Below are positions 57,987 to 64,000 of a stretch of DNA of 64,000 bases, one piece after another (position 1 is the stretch's first letter; the number at the start of each line of letters is the position of its first letter). Both the position numbers and the translations under genes were made by a program. Source of the stretch: Prevotella sp. GTDB taxonomy: Bacteria; Bacteroidota; Bacteroidia; Bacteroidales; Bacteroidaceae. Under the pieces are notes generated by a model that was given only the letters and a program-made list of their open reading frames with translations, was not told the origin of the DNA and made no database searches. The stretch spans positions 3,648 to 67,647 of the forward strand of contig JBJEHA010000013.1 of NCBI GenBank assembly GCA_051875605.1, written 5' to 3'.

Positions 57987-59342
57987 TCAGTTATGTTGTT
58001 GTCTTCTTGTCCGTTTCATGAAAAGCCCCATCACCACCGCTGTCACCACCGCCGAGCAAAGGTCTGATGCCGGCATGGCATACCAAACGCCGTCCACGCC
58101 CCAGATGCGCGGCAGCAGCACGAGCAAGGGCAGCAGGAATATGAGCTGCCGAGAGAGCGACAGGAATATGCTCACACTGGCCTTGCCGATGCTCTGGAAG
58201 AAATTGGTGATGACCATCTGGTAGCCTACGACCGGCAGCACGAGCATGAGTATGCGCATGGCACGCACCGTGAGCTGTGTCAGTTCCTCGTCGCTGGTGA
58301 ACAGCCTTGCACACGGATGTGTGAAGAACTCCGCCAGCACCCATCCGCCGGTCATCACGACCGTTGCCGCCATAATAGAGAGGAACAGCGCCCGCATGAG
58401 CCTGTCCGTATGCCCGGCACCATAGTTGTAACCGGCAATGGGCTGCATGCCCTGGTTGATGCCCATCGTCACCATGACAAAGATGAATGCCACCCTGTTG
58501 GCTATGCCGTATGCACCCACAGCCATATCGCCTCCGTGGCGCATCAGGCCGTTGTTGATGAACACCACCACCAGGCAGGCACAGGCATTCATGGCAAAAG
58601 GTGAGCAGCCTATGCCCACGATGTTCCTGACGATGGTCCATCGCGGTGCGAAGGTACCTTGTTCCAGGTGAACCAGCTCATCCTGACGGCAGAACACAGA
58701 GAGCTGCCACACCATGGCCACAGCCTGTGACAGCACCGTGGCCCACGCTGCACCGCGGATGCCCATTCCCAGACCATAGATGAAGAGCGGGTCGAGCAAC
58801 GTATTGAGTGCCACCGTGCACATGGTGGCGTACATGGCCTTACGCGGTTTCCCCGATGCCCGCAAGGCTGCATTCATGCCGAAATAGACATGCGTGACCA
58901 CATTGCCCAGCAGAATCACCTGCATATAGTCGCGTGCATAGGGAATGGTCTGTTCGCTCCCGCCGAAGAACAGCAGGATGTGGTCAAGGAAGAGCATGCT
59001 CACAACGCAGAACACCAGTCCGATGACCACATTCAGTGTCATGGTGTTGCCCAGTATGTGGACTGCCGTCCGGTAGTCCTTCTGCCCGAGCTTCACGGAG
59101 ATGAGCGTAGAGGCTCCCACACCTATCGCTGCACCGAAAGCGGCCGAGAGATTCATGAAGGGGAACGTCACGGCCAGACCGGATATGGCGAGTGCGCCCA
59201 CTCCCTGCCCGATGAAAATGCTGTCCACCATATTATAGAGGGAAGAAGCCGTCATGGCAATGATTGCAGGCAAAGCATATTGCATGAGCAACCGTCCCAC
59301 AGGTTTCGTTTCCAGCTCCAGAGTAGCTCTTCTGTTGTCCAT
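57987..59342 (-). CDS. MATE family efflux transporter
   Basis: PAIIAMTASSLYNMVDSIFIG, LNTLLDPLFI, GIRGAAWAT; twelve-TM pattern; ATG 59342; -7 box TATTTTTG at 59361-59368 on the minus strand. Confidence 0.9.
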   Translation of the reverse strand: MDNRRATLELETKPVGRLLMQYALPAIIAMTASSLYNMVDSIFIGQGVGALAISGLAVTFPFMNLSAAFGAAIGVGASTLISVKLGQKDYRTAVHILGNTMTLNVVIGLVFCVVSMLFLDHILLFFGGSEQTIPYARDYMQVILLGNVVTHVYFGMNAALRASGKPRKAMYATMCTVALNTLLDPLFIYGLGMGIRGAAWATVLSQAVAMVWQLSVFCRQDELVHLEQGTFAPRWTIVRNIVGIGCSPFAMNACACLVVVFINNGLMRHGGDMAVGAYGIANRVAFIFVMVTMGINQGMQPIAGYNYGAGHTDRLMRALFLSIMAATVVMTGGWVLAEFFTHPCARLFTSDEELTQLTVRAMRILMLVLPVVGYQMVITNFFQSIGKASVSIFLSLSRQLIFLLPLLVLLPRIWGVDGVWYAMPASDLCSAVVTAVVMGLFMKRTRRQQHN

Positions 59343-59490
59343 CTTCTGCTGATTATGCTGCAAAAATACAAAAAAAACGGCACTTAGGGTAGTCTGTGCT
59401 GCAAGAAAATGCACATATTCCGCCCCACCCGTCTGCAAATGGCTTCCAACGCTTCCAACTATACCGGAAGAATGCGCAGGGAAGGAAAAT

Positions 59491-60032
59491 CAAAATGTCA
59501 GATTTTCAGCCGATTTTGTGACACTTTGATTTTTCGCGGTCTTATAAAAAAGACTATTTTGGCCGGATTTTCATGTTAATAAGTGTAAATTACCGGTTTT
59601 TTGTACAAAATGGAAAAATCAGTTAAGTGTTAGGGGGGAAACACTTAACTGTTTCCAGAAAATTAGTTAACTATTTTTGTTCCGGCACTTAAGTGTTTTT
59701 GAGGCAAAACTTAACTGTTTCGGGGCAAAAACCTATGTTTTTCGGCCTCAAAACCGCGTTTTTCCGACCAAAAGTGCGGAAAAAGGGGGCTGAAAACTGC
59801 ACAAATCACGAGTTTTGTGCATGAATTTAACGGATTTTAGGTTAAAATCGGACGCTTTTTGTTAACACTTCACACCCATAAAAAACTACCCCATTGATTA
59901 TCAACGGTTTACAAAACAAGTCTCTAAAACCCAAAAAATACGCTGGCACGTAATAATCCGATCTCGCCCGACTCTTCAGAAATGGCCAGAAAATCAAAGT
60001 GTAAGCAATTGTGTTAAAAAACTGACACTTTG
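59491..60032 (-). repeat. 542-bp dispersed intergenic element, copy 6 (reverse orientation)
   Basis: End modules at 59491-59528 and 59995-60032; first TTAA box at offset 319. Confidence 0.95.
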
Positions 60033-60206
60033 TAAAATCACAGATTGGAAACATCCACGGACAGACAACCGCCATGCAGACTTCATGCCTTCAGGAAAAA
60101 ATAAAGTGCAGGGTGACAAAAATGGTTTTGGCGGTTTTTTCGGCTAAAAGTTCGTTGCTTTGACATTATTTATGTAATTTTGCATGGCTTTCAGGGTAAA
60201 GACCCG

Positions 60207-61766
60207 ATGGAAACGTACATTATGACAATGAACACTAAACTAAGAAAAAGAATATTCAATGTTTTTGCGGAGCAAGAAACGCTATGCCGCATGTGGTTTT
60301 GTGGGTTGGCGCTACTGTGCTGCATAAGCTGTGGCAACAGCGGGCAGCACCATTTCGACAGCCTGCTCACAAGCCTGGCCGCAGAAGACGGGGTGGTCGA
60401 TGAGGACGACTGGCAACGCATCACGGCCTTTCTGGACGACAACAAGGCCAGACTGCCGGAACTCTGTCCGGACGGCGAGATGGATGCAGGACGCGTAAAG
60501 GAATATATCGTGGACTATTTCAAGAACAGAAGGCCGGCTATGGACGTGGAAATCACCGCTGCCCGGCAATGGCTGAACGTGAGGTTCTATCTGGAGCGTT
60601 CGGGGAGCATGATACCATACGATGCCGTGCAGGGCGACGGAAGGTTCAAGACCGCCATCGTGGGACTGCTCAACGCCCTTCCTGAAGCCGACGGGCGGTG
60701 CAGCATCCTGGTGGCCAACAGCGAAGTGAACGACTATCCGGAAGGCATGCAGAAGTTCCTGGCCGACCGAGACATATTCAAGGCGACTGCCGGACTGGGC
60801 GACCCATCCTACACTGATTTCCGGGCTCTTTTCAGCCATATACTCGGCCATATACAGCGCGGAGAAGTGAGCGTCCTGGTGACAGACCTGATATACTCCA
60901 CACTCGACATGAAGGGCGTGAACCGCGTCAAGGTCCTTGCAGAGGCCGAAGCCACCACCAACGCCACATTTAAAGGGGCAGCCAAGGACATGGCTGTACT
61001 CGTGGTGAAGATGAGGGGAAGCTATAACGGACGCTATTTCAGCTACAACGACCAGCAGAAAGGAACCGACTACAACGGTGAGCGACCCTATTATTTCGTG
61101 ATTGCGGGGCATCAGGCCGACATGGCACGGCTCACGACAGACAAGGCCTATGCACGCTTTGTGGGCATGGAAAGCATTGACGGCTATGAAGCCAAGGTGC
61201 TTTTTGCCCCCGACGGATTCTACCATCCCTATTATTCCCTGCTGCTGGGCAATGCTGCCAACAGGGGAAGATTCCGCCCGATACGCGACAGGGAGAACGG
61301 CATACATGGGCTGCACGATGTGGAGCCGGACAGGAATTCCGGGGAAATAAGACTTGCACTGGCTGTTGACATGGGTGGCATGCTGGTAGATGAAGGCTAC
61401 CTCACCAATCCGGACAACTATGAAATCGCATCCGATGACTCCATCCACATAGAACGCATCACGAGGATAGACACTCAGGGAGCTTCGCCCACGGACAGGA
61501 AACTCATGGGACAGGCCACACATCTCATGGTACTTCAGGGCAAAGGGATAAGCCGGGACCAGCAGGTAAGCATCAGGCTGAAGAGCTGTATGCCGGAATG
61601 GGTGGCACTGTCGTCCAGCAGTGACGACAGCCATGTGGGAGGAAAGAGGTTCGCTCACACCACATTCGGGCTTGACAGGTTGCTGGGCGGCATGGACAAG
61701 GCCTACAGAAAGGCTGACGGCAGCCATCCTTGCTATTTCAGTCTGGAACTGAGGCTGGAACAGTAG
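60207..61766 (+). CDS. Hypothetical lipoprotein with a degenerate vWA-like domain
   Basis: LLCCISC lipobox-like segment; FYLERSGSM (MIDAS-like D/ExSxS) and VLVTDLIY; TAATTTTG -7 box at 60175-60182, so the 60180 start is unlikely (true start may be 60207-60228). Confidence 0.7.
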   Translation: METYIMTMNTKLRKRIFNVFAEQETLCRMWFCGLALLCCISCGNSGQHHFDSLLTSLAAEDGVVDEDDWQRITAFLDDNKARLPELCPDGEMDAGRVKEYIVDYFKNRRPAMDVEITAARQWLNVRFYLERSGSMIPYDAVQGDGRFKTAIVGLLNALPEADGRCSILVANSEVNDYPEGMQKFLADRDIFKATAGLGDPSYTDFRALFSHILGHIQRGEVSVLVTDLIYSTLDMKGVNRVKVLAEAEATTNATFKGAAKDMAVLVVKMRGSYNGRYFSYNDQQKGTDYNGERPYYFVIAGHQADMARLTTDKAYARFVGMESIDGYEAKVLFAPDGFYHPYYSLLLGNAANRGRFRPIRDRENGIHGLHDVEPDRNSGEIRLALAVDMGGMLVDEGYLTNPDNYEIASDDSIHIERITRIDTQGASPTDRKLMGQATHLMVLQGKGISRDQQVSIRLKSCMPEWVALSSSSDDSHVGGKRFAHTTFGLDRLLGGMDKAYRKADGSHPCYFSLELRLEQ

Positions 61767-61877
61767 TCCGGACCGGACAAGGCGGCAGAAAGCGCATTGT
61801 CAGTCCCTTTTCTGCACCCCACCCCCTTCCGGCGAGAACTCTTTTTCATATAAAGACAGATATCACAAAAGTACAAT

Positions 61878-62324
61878 ATGGACAAAAACTTGTTTCTGCC
61901 TACTGCCGGCGTTGCCCTCACACTGGGATTTCTCGCCAGCTGCACAGGGATTTTCGAGACACTCTATTACGACAATGAATTCAGCAACGAAATGTATAAC
62001 CTGCATCTGTACCTCCCAGTGGCCTTCCTGCTGGTGGTATGGGGCTGGGGAGTTGCGGTCCTGTTCTATTATGTAGTGAACTCTGTGAGCTTCTCACGGT
62101 GGTACCACTGGCTGCTCACCCTTGTCCTGACATCGGGTGCAGCCACGGCATCCTGCTATGCCTACACGAGCAACTGTCTTGCAGATGCCGGAATGAACTT
62201 CAACGCGCAATTGGCAGGATTCAGCATCATCATGGCCATGCTTGAAGCGATCCTGTTCACCATAGGCTCTTTTTCCATGAGGTGGTGGAGCAGTAACTGC
62301 CGACATACACCATTCCCGGAATAG
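61878..62324 (+). CDS. Small hypothetical membrane protein
   Basis: Three to four hydrophobic helices; lies in an operon between the lipoprotein and the tubulin-like gene. Confidence 0.65.
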   Translation: MDKNLFLPTAGVALTLGFLASCTGIFETLYYDNEFSNEMYNLHLYLPVAFLLVVWGWGVAVLFYYVVNSVSFSRWYHWLLTLVLTSGAATASCYAYTSNCLADAGMNFNAQLAGFSIIMAMLEAILFTIGSFSMRWWSSNCRHTPFPE

Positions 62325-62357
62325 AAGCCGGAAAATCCACTCTTAAATGATCACAGA

Positions 62358-63902
62358 ATGAGACTATTCTTGTTTTTAGTTGGCGGTACAGGGTCGCGTG
62401 TAATGCGCCCGCTCATCATGCAGTTTGCCGCCGGCATCCATCCACTTGACGATAACGGACAGCCCATGCCACTTGAAGTGGTACCGGTCATCGTAGATCC
62501 GCACAAGGCCAATGAAGACCTGAAACGCACCGACAATCTGATGCGCTGGTACAAACAGATAAGGCACACGCTGTATGGCGAAAGGAATGACGTAAAGGAA
62601 GGGTTCTTCTCCGTAAAGCTTTCCACGCTGAGCGACATCGTTCCGGACAGCACGGACCTGACCGACAGCTTCCTGTTCAATATGGGAGCCATAGCCTCAA
62701 AGACCTTCAGGGAATTCATTTCATACAACACGCTTGACCTTGGGAACCAGGCACTTTGCTCCATGATGTTCTCCGATGACCAGCTCAACACGAAGATGGA
62801 CATCGGGTTCGTGGGTAGTCCGAACATTGGCAGTATAGCCCTCAACCAGTTCAAGGACAGCGAAGAGTTCCGGCAGTTCAGCAATGTGTTCGGGAAAGAC
62901 GACCGCATCTTTGTGGTGAGCTCTATCTTCGGCGGTACGGGAGCAGCTGGCTACCCCATCATCGTGAAGAACATCAGGAATGCCGGAGAAAACATACAGA
63001 TAAACAATCGGGCTGACCTCAGGGACGCACGTATAGGTGCACTTACGGTACTCCCCTACTTCAATGTTCAGCAAGACAGGAAAAGCCCGATTTCAAGAGC
63101 TGATTTCATATCAAAGACCAAGTCGGCACTGTTCTATTATCACGACAATCTCACCGGGCTGCGTAGGGATGGCGATGAACTTCCGCTGTCAAAGGTTAAC
63201 GCCTGTTATTATCTTGGCGATGAGATACCCTCGAACCCCTATTTCAACGACCCCGGGGGAAACGGGCAGAGAAACGATGCACATATCGTAGAGTTTGTCG
63301 GTGCACTGGCCATACTTGACTTTCTGCAGATTCCTGATGACGAATTGATTGCCGTGAACGGCAATGCACGCCAACCCATCTACAAGGAATTCGGTCTCGC
63401 AGCCGACAAGACGACACTTGGTCTCATGGACTTGGGACAGCCCACAAGAAGACTGATAAACAGGCAGATGGTGAAGTTCCACCTGGCTTATATGTATCTT
63501 ACAAACCACTTCAGGGAAGATGTGGGAAGAGGATATACGCAGGACAAGCCTGAAATAAATTCCGGATTCCTTGCATCACCTTTCTACAACAACCTGACTG
63601 CCAACTTCTTCGTGGCATACAGACAATGGCTGAAAGAACTGGAAGGCAACCACAGAAGCTTTGTCCCGTTCAACATGGAAACAGACCGGCTGAAGGATGC
63701 GCTGACTGGCATGGTGGCCAAAAGCGGTTTCCTGAAACATACCATTGACTACAAGACCATTCTTGCAGCCATGAACGCCACATCACAGAAAGCCACAAGA
63801 AAAGGACTATATGACGGTGCACACACAGCACTCAAATTGCTCGACCTGCTCAACACCACGCTGGAAAAAGTGATAGACGAAAAATATGAAGCCGTGTCAT
63901 GA
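62358..63902 (+). CDS. Tubulin/FtsZ-superfamily GTPase-like protein (Tubulin_2-type)
   Basis: N-terminal FLVGGTGSRV, VIVDPHKAN, GFVGSPNIG and tubulin-signature-like SSIFGGTGAAG; no FtsZ C-terminal peptide. Confidence 0.7.
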   Translation: MRLFLFLVGGTGSRVMRPLIMQFAAGIHPLDDNGQPMPLEVVPVIVDPHKANEDLKRTDNLMRWYKQIRHTLYGERNDVKEGFFSVKLSTLSDIVPDSTDLTDSFLFNMGAIASKTFREFISYNTLDLGNQALCSMMFSDDQLNTKMDIGFVGSPNIGSIALNQFKDSEEFRQFSNVFGKDDRIFVVSSIFGGTGAAGYPIIVKNIRNAGENIQINNRADLRDARIGALTVLPYFNVQQDRKSPISRADFISKTKSALFYYHDNLTGLRRDGDELPLSKVNACYYLGDEIPSNPYFNDPGGNGQRNDAHIVEFVGALAILDFLQIPDDELIAVNGNARQPIYKEFGLAADKTTLGLMDLGQPTRRLINRQMVKFHLAYMYLTNHFREDVGRGYTQDKPEINSGFLASPFYNNLTANFFVAYRQWLKELEGNHRSFVPFNMETDRLKDALTGMVAKSGFLKHTIDYKTILAAMNATSQKATRKGLYDGAHTALKLLDLLNTTLEKVIDEKYEAVS

Positions 63903-63943
63903 CACTGGCTGCAATCATTTAACAGAACCTGTTCAACAGACTA

Positions 63944-64000
63944 ATGAGTAAAATACTTTCCTACAATAAGAAGACAACCGGTGAAGGATGGATAGCACTT
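63944..64000 (+). CDS. 5' start of the next operon gene, truncated by the window edge
   Basis: ATG at 63944 opens MSKILSYNKKTTGEGWIAL to the window end. Confidence 0.45.
   Translation, partial: MSKILSYNKKTTGEGWIAL

Noticed and set aside
60312-61727. 471-aa minus-strand ORF opposite the lipoprotein (similarly 15184-16425, 1424-2197, 17007-17762, 35708-36442)
   Set aside because: Antisense shadow ORFs of real genes; no independent promoter or domain evidence.
62358-63902. Calling the tubulin-like gene ftsZ
   Set aside because: It lacks the dcw-cluster context, the FtsZ C-terminal peptide and the typical GGGGxN / GAGAxP motifs.
1-64000. rRNA, tRNA, integrase, transposase or prophage genes
   Set aside because: None was recognised by eye or in the ORF track; tRNAscan-SE and HMM searches would be needed to exclude them formally.

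Overview
A 64-kb chromosomal window from a Bacteroidales bacterium, most likely Prevotellaceae. This assignment rests on the Bacteroidetes TAnnTTTG -7 promoter boxes, TonB-dependent receptors, T9SS-type C-terminal tails, PPi-PFK and a TPP-riboswitch thiamine salvage operon. Most of the window is housekeeping: xseAB, clpC, hisB, metA, purF, purT, prmA, pfp, several peptidases, a small dTDP-amino-sugar/acyltransferase cluster, and a tubulin-like/vWA-like operon at the right edge. The outstanding feature is non-coding. Six copies of a 541-542-bp intergenic element start at 4738, 14249, 25594, 36625, 46479 and 59491, spaced very evenly (9.5-13.0 kb, mean about 10.95 kb), three on each strand. Each copy has a 38-bp palindromic module at both ends (CAAAGTGTCA-N18-TKACACTTTG), five TTAA-cored boxes at an exact 22-bp pitch, a ladder of A/T tracts phased at about 10.7 bp, and internal dyads with variable spacers. 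Copies diverge by substitution (about 70% identity in one arm, about 93% in the core) with only one 1-nt indel detected. Each copy has one AAAAT-type and one T-tract-type outer flank, and which end carries which is unlinked to interior orientation, a pattern expected if the interior inverts. No transposase or recombinase is encoded in the window. I interpret this as a candidate undescribed DNA-architecture or trans-acted recombination system rather than a simple decaying MITE; this is inference and needs genome-wide testing. No rRNA, tRNA, CRISPR array or transposase was recognised.
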